From: Anabaena cylindrica PCC 7122
Lineage (GTDB): Bacteria; Cyanobacteriota; Cyanobacteriia; Cyanobacteriales; Nostocaceae
Reading direction: 5' to 3'
DNA: 64,000 bases
Assembly (NCBI RefSeq): GCF_000317695.1
Contig: NC_019771.1
Span: 2,463,823-2,527,822, forward strand
Shown here one piece after another: positions 48,560-59,454 of this stretch. Positions within the stretch are counted from its first letter, which is position 1; every line of letters begins with the position of its first letter. The translations under genes were made by a program, and so were the position numbers. A model generated the notes under the pieces. That model saw only the letters and a list, made by a program, of their open reading frames with translations. It was not told the origin of the DNA and made no database searches.

Positions 48560-48873
48560 CTGGAACTATTCAAGAATTCAATAAACTCGCAGATGCAGAA
48601 GAATATTTTATCTTCTTTCAACTGCCCTACGACCAACAATTTGTAAACATAAATCGTCTCCATATATTGAAAAAATTCTCTCAATATATGCAAGAGATTG
48701 ATAATACTTCTCCTAACTTGAGTGATACAGAAAAATTAACTCAATATTCCTTAGCTTTGCAAAAAGCTTATGAAGTTTTTATTGAATCAACACCCCATGA
48801 ACAAAAGCTGTTCAAAGTGTTTAACGATAAGCCAAAGAATGTAGTCACGCTGACAGAAATCACTTCTGATTAG
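48556..48873 (+). CDS. nifW: nitrogenase-stabilising/protective protein NifW
   Basis: AEEYFIFFQLPYDQQFVNINRLHILKKFSQYM matches the NifW N-terminal signature. 105 aa. Confidence 0.75.
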   Translation: MTGTIQEFNKLADAEEYFIFFQLPYDQQFVNINRLHILKKFSQYMQEIDNTSPNLSDTEKLTQYSLALQKAYEVFIESTPHEQKLFKVFNDKPKNVVTLTEITSD

Positions 48874-48883
48874 GAGGTATAAA

Positions 48884-49666
48884 TTGATCAACCTAACGCC
48901 TACCGAATTAGAACGCTATAGTCGCCAAATGATGCTTCCGAACTTTGGCGAAGCGGCTCAAAAGCGCCTCAAATCAGCGACTGTTCTGGTGTCGGGTGTG
49001 GGGGGATTAGGCGGTACGGCGGCGCTTTACTTAGCAGTAGCAGGCGTTGGGCGGCTAATCTTAGTCCGGGGTGGTGATTTGCGGCTGGATGATATGAATC
49101 GTCAGATTTTAATGACTGACGACTGGGTGGGTAAACCTAGAGTATTCAAAGCCCAAGAAACACTAAAAGCCATCAATCCTGATGTGGAAGTAGACGTAGT
49201 TCACGATTACATCACCGCAGAAAATGTGGACTCATTGGTGCAATCGGCGGATATGGCTTTGGATTGCGCTCACAATTTCACCGAACGCAACTTGTTAAAT
49301 GAAGCCTGTGTGCGATCGCGTAAGCCAATGGTAGAGGCAGCTATGGACGGGATGGAGGCTTACCTCACCACGATTATTCCTGGTGTCACCCCTTGTTTAT
49401 CCTGTCTGTTTCCAGAAAAGCCTGATTGGGATCGGCGCGGTTTTTCCGTTCTAGGGGCTGTGTCTGGGACTTTGGCTTGTTTAACAGCCTTAGAAGCCGT
49501 AAAGCTAATTACTGGTTTTAGTCAACCGCTATTGTCAGAACTGCTGACGATTGACTTAAACAGAATGGAATTTGCTAAACGTCGTTCTCACCGCGATCGC
49601 AATTGTCCCGTCTGCGGCAATACTGCACCTTGGAGATACTCCCAATCTCAACCGTTAACGGTGTAA
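48884..49666 (+). CDS. hesA: HesA (MoeB/ThiF-family E1-like protein)
   Basis: ERYSRQMMLPNFGEAAQKRLKSATVLVSGVGGLGGTAALYLAVAGVGRLILV and the CxxC...CxxC C-terminus. Confidence 0.85.
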   Translation: MINLTPTELERYSRQMMLPNFGEAAQKRLKSATVLVSGVGGLGGTAALYLAVAGVGRLILVRGGDLRLDDMNRQILMTDDWVGKPRVFKAQETLKAINPDVEVDVVHDYITAENVDSLVQSADMALDCAHNFTERNLLNEACVRSRKPMVEAAMDGMEAYLTTIIPGVTPCLSCLFPEKPDWDRRGFSVLGAVSGTLACLTALEAVKLITGFSQPLLSELLTIDLNRMEFAKRRSHRDRNCPVCGNTAPWRYSQSQPLTV

Positions 49667-49738
49667 AATTCCGTTCCGCCAAAAAAGCAATTTCCCACAT
49701 CTCAAAATCAGAATAATCGCTACAGAACAGGAAATAAA

Positions 49739-50113
49739 ATGGCTGTTACTTTAACAGAAAAAGCAGAATTTCGTCTGTGGGCATTTTTAAGAGGTTCCGC
49801 AACCGACGAATCTAATAAAGCCACAAAAGGTGTCCGCATCTCTGTCAAAGATGGTGGTTGTAGTGGCTATGAATATGGAATCGACATTACAAGTCAGCCT
49901 CAACCAGATGATATCGTAACCCAACAAGGAAATGTGTTGCTTTACGTGGACGCTAAAAGTGCGCCCTTATTAGAAGGTGTAGTAATTGATTTTGTTGAGG
50001 GAGTAATGGACAGCGGTTTCAAGTTCACCAATCCCAATGCAACTGATACCTGCGGTTGTGGAAAGTCTTTTAAAGCAGGTGATTGTTCACCTGAAGGTGT
50101 ACCTTGCAGCTAA
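49739..50113 (+). CDS. hesB: HesB (IscA-type Fe-S cluster assembly protein)
   Basis: C-terminal FKFTNPNATDTCGCGKSF and the central single Cys (DGGCSGYEYG) are the A-type carrier hallmarks. Confidence 0.85.
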   Translation: MAVTLTEKAEFRLWAFLRGSATDESNKATKGVRISVKDGGCSGYEYGIDITSQPQPDDIVTQQGNVLLYVDAKSAPLLEGVVIDFVEGVMDSGFKFTNPNATDTCGCGKSFKAGDCSPEGVPCS

Positions 50114-50223
50114 GAAATTCAAAGTTCAAAAATTCGATTCTTTATTTTGAATTTTGAATTGCACCAGAGAGTCTGAAGCACTTCAGAAAAGCTAACCTTA
50201 TTAATGTTTGAGGAGAACGCAAA

Positions 50224-50520
50224 ATGGCTTATCAAGTAAGATTGTTGAACAAAAAAGACAACCTTGACACCACAATTGAATGTGACGAAGAAACTACAAT
50301 TCTAGATGCAGCAGAAGAAGCCGGTATTGAATTGCCCTTCTCTTGTCATTCCGGTTCTTGCTCTAGCTGTGTAGGTAAGGTTGTAGAAGGTGAAATCAAC
50401 CAAGATGATCAAATCTTCTTAGATGATGATCAAATGGCCAAAGGCTTCGCTCTATTGTGCGTTACATACCCTCGCTCTAACTGCACAATTAAAACCCATC
50501 AAGAGCCTTATCTAGTCTAA
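50224..50520 (+). CDS. fdxH: heterocyst [2Fe-2S] ferredoxin FdxH
   Basis: [57 protein letters not shown]...[18 protein letters not shown]. Confidence 0.85.
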   Translation: MAYQVRLLNKKDNLDTTIECDEETTILDAAEEAGIELPFSCHSGSCSSCVGKVVEGEINQDDQIFLDDDQMAKGFALLCVTYPRSNCTIKTHQEPYLV

Positions 50521-50606
50521 AATTTTAATGTCTTAGCTTGTACAAAGATGAAGGATGTTAATCATCCTTCATTCTTTTAATTTTAACCTTTCATTTTTAT
50601 TCCGCA

Positions 50607-50858
50607 ATGTTTACTCCTTTTAGTTTTACAGGTTGCTCTTTAGAATTGCTCAAGCCAGGAGAAAAAGGAATTATAATTTCCTGTAAAACTCAGGATGAAA
50701 GCATTCGTAAAAAACTCATTTCTATGGGAATAACAACCGGAAATAGTATAATTTTAGAACAGCAATTTCCCTCTTTAATCGTTAAATTTAATAATATTTC
50801 TATGACGATAGATCGGCAAACAGCCCGCGCTATTTATGTCCGTGTGGTTGATGGTTGA
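50607..50858 (+). CDS. feoA: FeoA-family protein
   Basis: LKPGEKGIIIS...LISMGITTGNSIIL...ARAIYV follows the FeoA SH3-like pattern. 83 aa. Confidence 0.65.
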   Translation: MFTPFSFTGCSLELLKPGEKGIIISCKTQDESIRKKLISMGITTGNSIILEQQFPSLIVKFNNISMTIDRQTARAIYVRVVDG

Positions 50859-51402
50859 TAAAATAAATCATCAAATATTTTTCTGAATAATAAAAGTCTG
50901 TTAAAATTCTTAAGTTATTCAAATCAATATTTTGCAATATATAGGAATATTGGCTAAATTGCTGATAATTGATTTCATCTCTTATATAAGCTGCAAAAAC
51001 TTTAAATAGGGCATCGGCTTTGCGAAGTTGGTCGAACCTAGACAGAGCATTAAATAGTTCCTGTCCCATATTTTGCCTATATTTTGGATCTGTATATTTA
51101 TCTTCTAGAGATTTTCTGAATTCGTCATCAACTTCCTTAAAACCCGATATAAAATATAGTATTTTTTTCAGAAATAGGTAATCACGTACTGCAATACCAG
51201 ACTTTACTAGAGAATAAATTGATTTAATAATTGGAATGTTACTCAAGGTTTCATCTTGAAGATTTTCTAGTAGCTTATCATCTAAGAACACTTCAGCTAT
51301 ATCAAAACCAGTATCTCTCATACCAGCTTCAGATATTGTTTTTATAATGGATTGTTCTGGGCTTAAGTTTTCCTCATCCATATTATTCTTTTTATTGCTC
51401 AT
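50830..51402 (-). CDS. hypothetical protein
   Basis: 190-aa ORF with no recognised motif. Confidence 0.45.
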   Translation of the reverse strand: MSNKKNNMDEENLSPEQSIIKTISEAGMRDTGFDIAEVFLDDKLLENLQDETLSNIPIIKSIYSLVKSGIAVRDYLFLKKILYFISGFKEVDDEFRKSLEDKYTDPKYRQNMGQELFNALSRFDQLRKADALFKVFAAYIRDEINYQQFSQYSYILQNIDLNNLRILTDFYYSEKYLMIYFINHQPHGHK

Positions 51403-51433
51403 TTATAGATATCCTAATTTGTGAAATGTGTTT

Positions 51434-52018
51434 TTATTCTTCAGTTTCAAATCCAACGCCTTCATAAAGCATTTCAATCGGAAATTCAAATTCAATACTT
51501 GATAAAGTGATGATATCTCCAGTAGTGTAAGGATAGTAAAGCCACATTCTTCCTTCTCCTCGACAGTAACGTTCAACGGAGATTTTTTCCGAATCAATTA
51601 ATATGTATTCTTGTAAACTGGGAATTGTTAAATAATATCTGAATTTCTCTCCTCTATCTTTACTACTTGTCCCAGGAGAAAGAACTTCAACAATCAATTT
51701 GGGATTTTGAATGAATTTAAGGGCATTGAGGTCTTGAGGGTCGCAACTAACGATAAGATCAGGATAAAAGTATGGGCTTTGAGGACTAACCTGCACTTTC
51801 ACATCTGAGACATTGACTCGACAAGCTCTAGAACGGAGATGAGAATATAGAGGTCTGTAAAGATTTAGAGCAATATCATTGTGGGGAATTGTACCACCTG
51901 TCATAGCGAAAACTTCGCCATTGATGTATTCATAACGAATATCTTGGTTAAGTTCCCAAGTGAGATATTCCTCAATGGTCATTTTTGGCGGTTGTTGGGG
52001 AATAGCTATCATATCCAA
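51434..52018 (-). CDS. Uma2-family (DUF820) putative endonuclease
   Basis: YFYPDLIVSCDPQD...PKLIVEVLSPGTSSKDRGEKFRYYLTIPSLQEYILID. Confidence 0.7.
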   Translation of the reverse strand: MDMIAIPQQPPKMTIEEYLTWELNQDIRYEYINGEVFAMTGGTIPHNDIALNLYRPLYSHLRSRACRVNVSDVKVQVSPQSPYFYPDLIVSCDPQDLNALKFIQNPKLIVEVLSPGTSSKDRGEKFRYYLTIPSLQEYILIDSEKISVERYCRGEGRMWLYYPYTTGDIITLSSIEFEFPIEMLYEGVGFETEE

Positions 52019-52214
52019 ATTTTTGCAAGTTTGTTTTGATTATAGCAACAAGGATAAAATCAAGTTATCTACATCTTGATGAAAATTTCGCGCCATGCGA
52101 TCATGTAGCTTACTAAAGGTATCGCTCTCCAAAAACTATATACAGGAAAAGCAATACCTGCGGTGAACTACGCGATCGCATTACCCGTCCTAGACTTTAA
52201 AAATTGCTGAATTT

Positions 52215-52424
52215 TTAGTCAACAGCAATAAGTACATCTGATGATTTAATCACAGCATAAGCCTCTTTACCTTCAACTAAACCTAGCTTTTCTGCTGATG
52301 ATTTAGTGATGACAGATACTACTTCTACACCAGGTGCTAATTCTAAAGTTACCTCTGTATTAATTGAACCAGGGGTAACTTTTTTCACAGTTGCTTTAAA
52401 GGTATTTCTGGCGCTGATTTCCAT
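52215..52424 (-). CDS. Mop (TOBE) molybdate-binding domain protein
   Basis: MEISARNTFKATVKKVTPGSINTEVTLELAPGVEVVSVITKSSAEKLGLVEGKEAYAVIKSSDVLIA is the classic 69-aa Mop unit. Confidence 0.75.
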   Translation of the reverse strand: MEISARNTFKATVKKVTPGSINTEVTLELAPGVEVVSVITKSSAEKLGLVEGKEAYAVIKSSDVLIAVD

Positions 52425-52838
52425 TATTTTTATTTTCCTTTTAGTTATTTATACTGAATAAACTAACAAATTTTATATATTAATGGTAAATTTTTAGATT
52501 TTTTTAACAAGTTTATATAAGAGATAATTAACCCAACAGAATTACTGAAATATTGAAAATATCTAAGTAGGTGGACATGAGATAACAAAAATGTGTGAAC
52601 AAAAGTAAATAGGGCGGAAAATGGTTTCTGCTCTGCCTTGTCTCAATGACTATTTTTAACACAAATCTACTTAGTTGGCTGGCAATTATGAAGGATGTGA
52701 TGCCTTGGGAGATCGCGCAGCGTCTCGTAGAAAGTGCAGCTATTGTAAGATTTTTGACAAATCCAGGTTATTATCTTCTTGTAATTATTTTACGGTTCTA
52801 TTATGATATGATGCGGATTAATCTATACAAAGCTTTCT

Positions 52839-54971
52839 ATGCAACTTCAAAAATCAGAAGCAAATACTAATTTATTTTCATATCGTCCAGATATAGATGC
52901 TCTTAGAGGTCTTGCTGTTATTGCAGTACTAATCTATCACTTAAATAACGATTGGTTACCTGGAGGTTTTGTCGGTGTAGATATATTTTTTGCAATATCT
53001 GGTTATGTAGTGTCTGCTTCTATTTTACGAAGAGAATCTAAGGGATTAATAAGAGATACTTTTGAATTTTATAAAAGGCGAATTAAAAGACTTTTTCCTG
53101 CTTTAGTAGCTTGTATCCTCATCACTTCATTATTTATTTCTTTGTTAGTTTGGCCGATAGAGACAGGAAAATTTTATCTGACAGGTCTTCATGCATTAGT
53201 GGGTTTATCCAATATTTATTTAATGGATATTACGAAAGGATACTTCGATATTGATTCTAGCTTAAACCCTTTTACTCACACTTGGTCTTTAGGAGTTGAA
53301 GAACAATTCTACTTGATTTTCCCATTTTTATTATTTGCAATTTACGGCAAAGAAAAACAAATTACAAATAAAAAAAGAACAATTATATTATTCTTATCTT
53401 TTGCATTATTCATAATAATTGCCGGATTAATTACTGCCTATAAACCAGAATGGAATTACTATTCTTTAGGAAGCCGAATTTGGGAGATGGAAATCGGTTC
53501 TATTCTATTTATTTTGCAGTCAAATAATCACTTAAAAATTATTACACATAATAAAAAAACAAATATAATTATACAATTATTTTCTATCTTTCTTATTATA
53601 GTTACTTTCTTTGTTACTCCAAATAATAGTTTATTCCCTTTTCCTTTGGCTATTCCTGTTATTGTCGGAACATTGTTATTTATAACTTGTGGCAGTTCTA
53701 TGTATGCCAACATAAATAAAGCTATTGGCAAATCATATCTTACTTACGTTGGCAAGACTTCTTATTCTTTATACTTGTGGCATTGGCCAATTTTTGTTTT
53801 ATTTAATTGGACAGTTGGTTTGAATTCAATCTTAACATATTTTGCGGCGACTTCTCTGACAATATTATTCTCACTAATTTCTTACTATTGCCTAGAACAA
53901 CCAATCCGAAAATCTAAAATCAACCAATCTAAAGTTATTTTTGGTTCCGTTTTAATTGCGATAGTTTCAGTAATAATCACTGTAGGTTCTCTTCAAGAAG
54001 TGTTTCATGATAATTTTTATCTAAAAAGAGAGTCATACATAAAGACAACATCGCTCGAAAGATATCTTGTTGCTGATAAAGTGAATAAAAATTTAAATTT
54101 AAAAGCAATTTTTAGTAATTGTTTAGCAAATGAAAATCATCCAAATATTGATTTTGAACATTGTCGTCGAAGAGGCATAAAATCCATTTCATCATCACCA
54201 CAAATTTTTTTAATAGGTGATAGTCATGCCCACTCTCTATTACCTATGTTAGAAGTAAATAATACATTAATTAATCATGATCTTTTCTTCTTTGGCAATC
54301 AATTTTGCCCAATAAACATAAACATGACTCGTAGTATATCTTCAAATCTTTGTCGTCTAAATACTGATAAGATACTTAAATATATTGAACAGAAGGCTAA
54401 TAATAATAGTCTACTGATTATTCATTCTAGATACAGTCCGTTTTTTGCCAATTTTGTTATCGGCAATACTTTATCAGAAAATTATAAAAATGGCATCTTT
54501 CAACTTTTTTTAACCCAAGGGCATAAATTATTGTCTATCAAAGAAGCCGCTTTACAGTTAGAAAAAGACTTTATTCAATTAAGTAACCGATTGAAGTCCA
54601 AAAATATATCTATACTTTTACTTGCACCAATACCAGAACATCAATTGCATCCCGCTCAATGTCAATTTTCAAATCCAGAATGTTTAACCGACAAACAAAC
54701 AGTTCTAGAGTATAGAAAAAATACGATAAATGCCATGAATAATGCCGCCAAAGTATCTTCAAATTTGTTTGTTTGGGATACCATTGAGCAATTATGTCCA
54801 ATTGAAAAATGTTCTCATTACTTAGATAGCCAATTAATTTTTAGTGATGACAATCACCTTTCTGCCTATGGCAGTCAATTATTAAGTCCCTATTTTGAGG
54901 ATTTTTTGCGTAAACATCGGCTTCTAAGTCAAAATTTGTTAGATAAAAATATAGATAAACTACGTAAATAG
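52839..54971 (+). CDS. acyltransferase family 3 (OafA/YrhL-type) membrane protein with C-terminal SGNH-like domain
   Basis: The N-terminus RPDIDALRGLAVIAVLIYHL...GFVGVDIFFAISGYV is followed by multiple TM segments. The C-terminus has LIGDSHAHSL. Confidence 0.75.
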   Translation: MQLQKSEANTNLFSYRPDIDALRGLAVIAVLIYHLNNDWLPGGFVGVDIFFAISGYVVSASILRRESKGLIRDTFEFYKRRIKRLFPALVACILITSLFISLLVWPIETGKFYLTGLHALVGLSNIYLMDITKGYFDIDSSLNPFTHTWSLGVEEQFYLIFPFLLFAIYGKEKQITNKKRTIILFLSFALFIIIAGLITAYKPEWNYYSLGSRIWEMEIGSILFILQSNNHLKIITHNKKTNIIIQLFSIFLIIVTFFVTPNNSLFPFPLAIPVIVGTLLFITCGSSMYANINKAIGKSYLTYVGKTSYSLYLWHWPIFVLFNWTVGLNSILTYFAATSLTILFSLISYYCLEQPIRKSKINQSKVIFGSVLIAIVSVIITVGSLQEVFHDNFYLKRESYIKTTSLERYLVADKVNKNLNLKAIFSNCLANENHPNIDFEHCRRRGIKSISSSPQIFLIGDSHAHSLLPMLEVNNTLINHDLFFFGNQFCPININMTRSISSNLCRLNTDKILKYIEQKANNNSLLIIHSRYSPFFANFVIGNTLSENYKNGIFQLFLTQGHKLLSIKEAALQLEKDFIQLSNRLKSKNISILLLAPIPEHQLHPAQCQFSNPECLTDKQTVLEYRKNTINAMNNAAKVSSNLFVWDTIEQLCPIEKCSHYLDSQLIFSDDNHLSAYGSQLLSPYFEDFLRKHRLLSQNLLDKNIDKLRK

Positions 54972-55082
54972 TCATTCTCAATAAATTATTTTTGACAAAT
55001 TATTTTATGCTGATTTATAAATTGTTCGTCAGCTACTAATAGTTTGTGAAAATTGAAATAGTGTTTTTAAATATGGTGAGTA

Positions 55083-55589
55083 ATGCTCATCATTACGTTT
55101 TTAGTTGTGTTCATAGTCATAATTATGAGTCAAAAAAATCAGCCCAAATTAAGTACACAAACTAGCTATTGGCTAATAGCAAATAGCTACAATGCTGAAG
55201 ATTTAAATCAGCGTGGTGAAAATGGTGATACAGCTTTAATGAAAGCTACTAGAGAGGGAGTCTACCCAGTTGTCAAAGAACTGATAGATGCGGGTGCAGA
55301 TATCAACGCTAGAAACAATGATCGCAATAATGCTTTATGGTTCGCTTGTTTTGGCAATCACTACGATTTAATGAATTTGTTGCTGTCAGTCAACATTGAT
55401 ATTAACAATCAAAATGATAATGGCGCAACTGTCCTGATGTATGGTGCATCGGCTGGAAAGACAGAAGTAGTGAGGTTGCTATTACAACATAATCCTAACA
55501 TGAATTTACAAAATTTGGACGACTATAAAGCAATTGACTTTGCCAGCAATGTAGAAGTTTTAAGGTTACTGAAAAATGCCACACAGTAA
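55083..55589 (+). CDS. ankyrin-repeat protein
   Basis: GDTALMKATREGVYPVVKELIDAGADINARNNDRNNALWFAC...GATVLMYGASAGKTEVVRLLLQHNPNMNL. Confidence 0.8.
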   Translation: MLIITFLVVFIVIIMSQKNQPKLSTQTSYWLIANSYNAEDLNQRGENGDTALMKATREGVYPVVKELIDAGADINARNNDRNNALWFACFGNHYDLMNLLLSVNIDINNQNDNGATVLMYGASAGKTEVVRLLLQHNPNMNLQNLDDYKAIDFASNVEVLRLLKNATQ

Positions 55590-56862
55590 GCTTTCTAAAG
55601 AAGCCTGTCACGAGTCTACCAAGCATTCTTACTTATCAGTGCAGATGAATCCCAATTATGTGGATGCATCAACTCAACCTCGCACCTTTAAAGTTTATCC
55701 AAAATTTTATCGGCGAGTGAGATTAAATCTCGATAATCCAATTCATGCTTTTATCAGGTTAACAAGCGCCATTACTTTTGAAAAGATTTATAAGGATGGC
55801 CCTTATAAACTCCGGGTAAATCCCTCAGCAGGCGCGTTATACCCGACGGAGGTTTATGTTCAAATACGTGGTGTTGAGGGATTTATAGATGCTATCTATC
55901 ATCTGGAAATTGAGAATCATTGTCTAACACTGATCTATGAATTAATTGATGATGGGTTGGAGAGTTATGTTATACCAAATAACCGTATCAATGGATTCAT
56001 TTTTTTAGTTAGTTGTGTTTATTATAGGTCTAGCTGGAAATATCAAGACAGGAGCATGAGGTATTGCTTTTTGGATAGCGGACACCATTTAGGTGCGATC
56101 GCATCTTCAGCATATCTTCACGAAAAAAACATCCAATTAATCTTTGACTTTGATAAACTCTCTCTCAATGCTGATTTAGGATTTGAGAATAAGGAGTTTA
56201 TTACTAGTTGTGTGATATCGGGAGAAACGCAAGAAAAGTCAGTCAGACGCTTAAGACTACCAGTTCCTTTTGTTTGTGGTACTGATTATTTTCAAGCTAA
56301 TGAATTCATTGAAGATGCCTATCAAGCAACATCATGGCAACTTAGTCACCAGCAACATCTAGAACATCCTCAATTTAATTTTCACCGAGAAAGGTTTTTT
56401 GAGAACGTTTTGAACAGGCGTTCTATTCGACGTTTTCAAAAGCAGTCTATTTCCCAACAAACCTATTGGCAAATTTTGCAAGATGTTCAACAACCAATAC
56501 CAAGTGAGAATTTTGAGGAAATAGAAATTTACTCGGTGGTGCATCGTGTCGAGGGAATGACACCCGGTTTATATAACGGTAGGAATCTCATAAATTCGGG
56601 TGATTTTAGCGAAAAAACAGGTTACTTGTGCATTAATCAGGCGCTGGCTAAAGACTGCGCTGTAACTTTGTTTTTTGTGTCCGATTATCTCAGCTATCAA
56701 ACTGCGATGCAATTAGCTGGTTTTATCGGACAAAGAGTGTATCTATTTAGCAATTATTGGGGCATAGATTGTAGCGGGATTGGTGCTTTTTATGATGACG
56801 AAGCCCAAGAGTTTCTAGGAACCAATAAGGATGTGCTTTATGTAATGGCAATTGGTAAATAA
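55576..56862 (+). CDS. SagB/ThcOx-type (nitroreductase-superfamily) dehydrogenase
   Basis: The C-terminal half has RRSIRRF...(nitroreductase-like). The N-terminal half has a family-typical YxxS...NPSAGALYP block. Confidence 0.55.
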   Translation: MPHSKLSKEACHESTKHSYLSVQMNPNYVDASTQPRTFKVYPKFYRRVRLNLDNPIHAFIRLTSAITFEKIYKDGPYKLRVNPSAGALYPTEVYVQIRGVEGFIDAIYHLEIENHCLTLIYELIDDGLESYVIPNNRINGFIFLVSCVYYRSSWKYQDRSMRYCFLDSGHHLGAIASSAYLHEKNIQLIFDFDKLSLNADLGFENKEFITSCVISGETQEKSVRRLRLPVPFVCGTDYFQANEFIEDAYQATSWQLSHQQHLEHPQFNFHRERFFENVLNRRSIRRFQKQSISQQTYWQILQDVQQPIPSENFEEIEIYSVVHRVEGMTPGLYNGRNLINSGDFSEKTGYLCINQALAKDCAVTLFFVSDYLSYQTAMQLAGFIGQRVYLFSNYWGIDCSGIGAFYDDEAQEFLGTNKDVLYVMAIGK

Positions 56863-57256
56863 AATAGGAAAATCAAGAGAAATGGCTAGAAGACAATTTG
56901 ATTCTCATGCTGATGATAAGCACCCTATGCAGCCAACATCAGCTGATATTATTTTGCGGCAACAATTAGAGTATTCTATTAGTAGGTACTTTTATGATGG
57001 GTGCGATCGCACTATTCAAGGTCTATTATCCGATTGTCGTTGGTATGTGACAACCCATGCTAGTGCTTTAACATTGGTAATCGAATGCACTGATCAAGTT
57101 ACTAACTGGCGAGTCTTGCAAAAAATCGTGCCAATGGGAAGTTTACTCTACAGCATTGTCAGCAGTGCTAAAATTCGCGTATGTCCCCCACAAACTAATG
57201 GCATACCATTTGAAATGAGGGTAGATGAACTATCAGTTTATCGTGATTGGGCATAA
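56852..57256 (+). CDS. hypothetical protein
   Basis: 134-aa ORF overlapping the upstream stop. Confidence 0.4.
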   Translation: MVNKIGKSREMARRQFDSHADDKHPMQPTSADIILRQQLEYSISRYFYDGCDRTIQGLLSDCRWYVTTHASALTLVIECTDQVTNWRVLQKIVPMGSLLYSIVSSAKIRVCPPQTNGIPFEMRVDELSVYRDWA

Positions 57257-57283
57257 GCTAAATTCGGGATTTTGGACTATTAA

Positions 57284-57757
57284 TTAAGCCATAACATTCT
57301 GGCTGAAAATTGTGATTAGTTCTGCAAAAACTAAATCGGCTGAATGTTGGACAACTGGACTTAATTCTAAGCCTAAATCAAGGTTAGCTGCTTCAATTAA
57401 ATAAACTGTCACCTGTTGAGGAAAATCATCTGCAAAGATTTTTCTCCCGGCTGCTAAAGCATGATCCCAACGAAAATCATGGAGGTTGTAACTAGGTTCT
57501 GGCAGTGCTTCTAGTTCTTTGCCTGGGACTTTAAATATAGCACCTGGTTCGGAACCTGTGCAACTGGCATCCAAAATAATTAATTTTTCACTTCCTCTCG
57601 CTTGAAACATCACTTCCATTCCCGCAGTACCACAATCAAAAACGCGGATGTTGGGGTGAGGGTTTTGGGCGAGATATTGCTGTAAACGTTGGGCGATGAT
57701 TACGCCTACAGCATCGTCATTACGATTGAGATTTCCACATCCAATGATTGTTAGCAT
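57284..57757 (-). CDS. hydrogenase maturation endopeptidase (HyaD/HupW/HoxW family)
   Basis: MLTIIGCGNLNRNDDAVGVIIAQRL...VFDCGTAGMEVMF...LIILDA. Probably hupW, given the nif context. Confidence 0.8.
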   Translation of the reverse strand: MLTIIGCGNLNRNDDAVGVIIAQRLQQYLAQNPHPNIRVFDCGTAGMEVMFQARGSEKLIILDASCTGSEPGAIFKVPGKELEALPEPSYNLHDFRWDHALAAGRKIFADDFPQQVTVYLIEAANLDLGLELSPVVQHSADLVFAELITIFSQNVMA

Positions 57758-57948
57758 GGGATATTTATAATAACATGATTTTTATTATATCGGCGGGGAA
57801 AAATTAATATTTACGGAAATTTTGACTATATCTTTGATTATTAACTTTATAGTGGCTATAGCAGCCGTAAGTCATGCACTAAAATCTTTATTCTCTCTGC
57901 GTTTGGCGTGATTAGTCCTACACAATATTTCTCACCCATCAGACAGAA

Positions 57949-58323
57949 TTGTATATGCTAGTATTTCGTGATACAGACTCTAAAGGTAGAGGTATATTTG
58001 CTCAGAAGAGTTTTGCTAAAGGAGAGGTAATTGAAAAAGCAGCAGTGATTGTTATCCCTAAGCAACAAGTTAAATTAATTGTCAAAACGGTTTTATTAAA
58101 TTATTATTTTGGTTGGCATGGGGAAAGTGGCGCTATAGCTTTGGGCTTTGCTTCACTTTTTAATCATTCTTATCATCCCAATGCGCTTTATGTTAAGAAT
58201 TTTTCTAAAAATGTAATTGAAATTATTGCTCATAAAGATATTCGAGCAGGTGAGGAAATTACTGTTAATTATAATGGGCAAGTTGATGATTTATCGCCTG
58301 TTTGGTTTGATGTGGTGGAATGA
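57949..58323 (+). CDS. SET-domain protein
   Basis: GRGIFAQKSFAKGEVI...SLFNHSYHPNA...AHKDIRAGEEITVNY. Confidence 0.7.
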   Translation: MYMLVFRDTDSKGRGIFAQKSFAKGEVIEKAAVIVIPKQQVKLIVKTVLLNYYFGWHGESGAIALGFASLFNHSYHPNALYVKNFSKNVIEIIAHKDIRAGEEITVNYNGQVDDLSPVWFDVVE

Positions 58324-58369
58324 GTCTCACGCAGAGGCACAGAGTCGCAGAGAGTAAAACAGGAGTGAG

Positions 58370-58801
58370 TTATTGTTCAAGTTTTATCTGTGCTAAAAAA
58401 TTATTTGGTGATACAATATGGATATTTTGATAGGAGTTCAGGACTAACAAATCCTCATCTCCTGTAATAATCAAATTAGCACTGCCATCAATAGCAAGTG
58501 AGATAAATTTATCATCTTTTGCATCTCGACAGACTTGTACAGGATTTAAAACATCAACCATCTCAGCGATACTTTTTAAATACAAAATCAATTTTTGTCT
58601 ATTTTCCAAACTGACATAATTATCAAACTTTTTCCTGGAAAGAACCCTTTCTAATTCTGTTAGTGTTTCAGAGGAGACAAGAATATGATGGTGATCAAAA
58701 GCGTAACGAACGGCTTGAGAAGTAATAGATTTGGGAGTTAGTAAACGACTCACAAAACAATTAGTATCAATGACGATTCTTTGCTTAATCATCACTGTCA
58801 A
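58370..58801 (-). CDS. PIN-domain toxin (VapC-like)
   Basis: IVIDTNCFVSRLL...LIITGDEDLL. It overlaps the upstream antitoxin gene. Confidence 0.7.
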   Translation of the reverse strand: MTVMIKQRIVIDTNCFVSRLLTPKSITSQAVRYAFDHHHILVSSETLTELERVLSRKKFDNYVSLENRQKLILYLKSIAEMVDVLNPVQVCRDAKDDKFISLAIDGSANLIITGDEDLLVLNSYQNIHIVSPNNFLAQIKLEQ

Positions 58802-59036
58802 GAATTTCTTTGAGTTTTTCTTCTGTCATGCCTTTAGCTTCAGCATTTTTACCAACTTGATCACAAAATTGCTGAAACTCCTCTTTTAACAATGTAGTCA
58901 ATCTTTGATACTCTAAGACTGACAGAACTACAACTGAATCTTTATCCTGGCGTTGAATGGTTATTGGTTCTTTTTGGGCTTTATCTAAAAATTCTGTAAA
59001 ATTTTGTTTTGCTTCCGATGCAGATAGGTAAATCAT
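58785..59036 (-). CDS. Phd/YefM-family antitoxin
   Basis: MIYLSASEAKQNFTEFLDKAQKEPITIQRQDKDSVVVLSVLEYQRL. Confidence 0.7.
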   Translation of the reverse strand: MIYLSASEAKQNFTEFLDKAQKEPITIQRQDKDSVVVLSVLEYQRLTTLLKEEFQQFCDQVGKNAEAKGMTEEKLKEILDSDD

Positions 59037-59080
59037 AATATACCTCTTTTCTCTTTATCCTAACTCAATTTGGTTGATAT

Positions 59081-59362
59081 CTACCACTGAATATCTCCAC
59101 GCGCCAAGCATTTTTCATAATCTCCTAAATTAGATAAATAGTCAGAAAAATCCGATTCAGCTATATCTAGAGATTCGCTAAACTGAAGCCATAATTCCTC
59201 ACAAGCCTTGATATCTTCCTCTGTCAACTCTGGAAAATCATTTAATATTCCCTTATTACTGCTATGTTTGATAAATAGAAAGTCTATAAAATCACTGACT
59301 TCCTGAAATAAAGAAGGTGGCATTTGCTGAATTTGAGCAATGGTTTTCTCTTGTAGATTCAT
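59081..59362 (-). CDS. hypothetical acidic protein
   Basis: 93-aa ORF. Confidence 0.35.
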   Translation of the reverse strand: MNLQEKTIAQIQQMPPSLFQEVSDFIDFLFIKHSSNKGILNDFPELTEEDIKACEELWLQFSESLDIAESDFSDYLSNLGDYEKCLARGDIQW

Positions 59363-59454
59363 ACTAATATTTAAGCTGGGTTGCTTGAGTCTTTAGTTCT
59401 TATTTTAACCCGTCTGTAGGTTGAATTGAGCGTTTCCCTATTTTCCATTCCCTA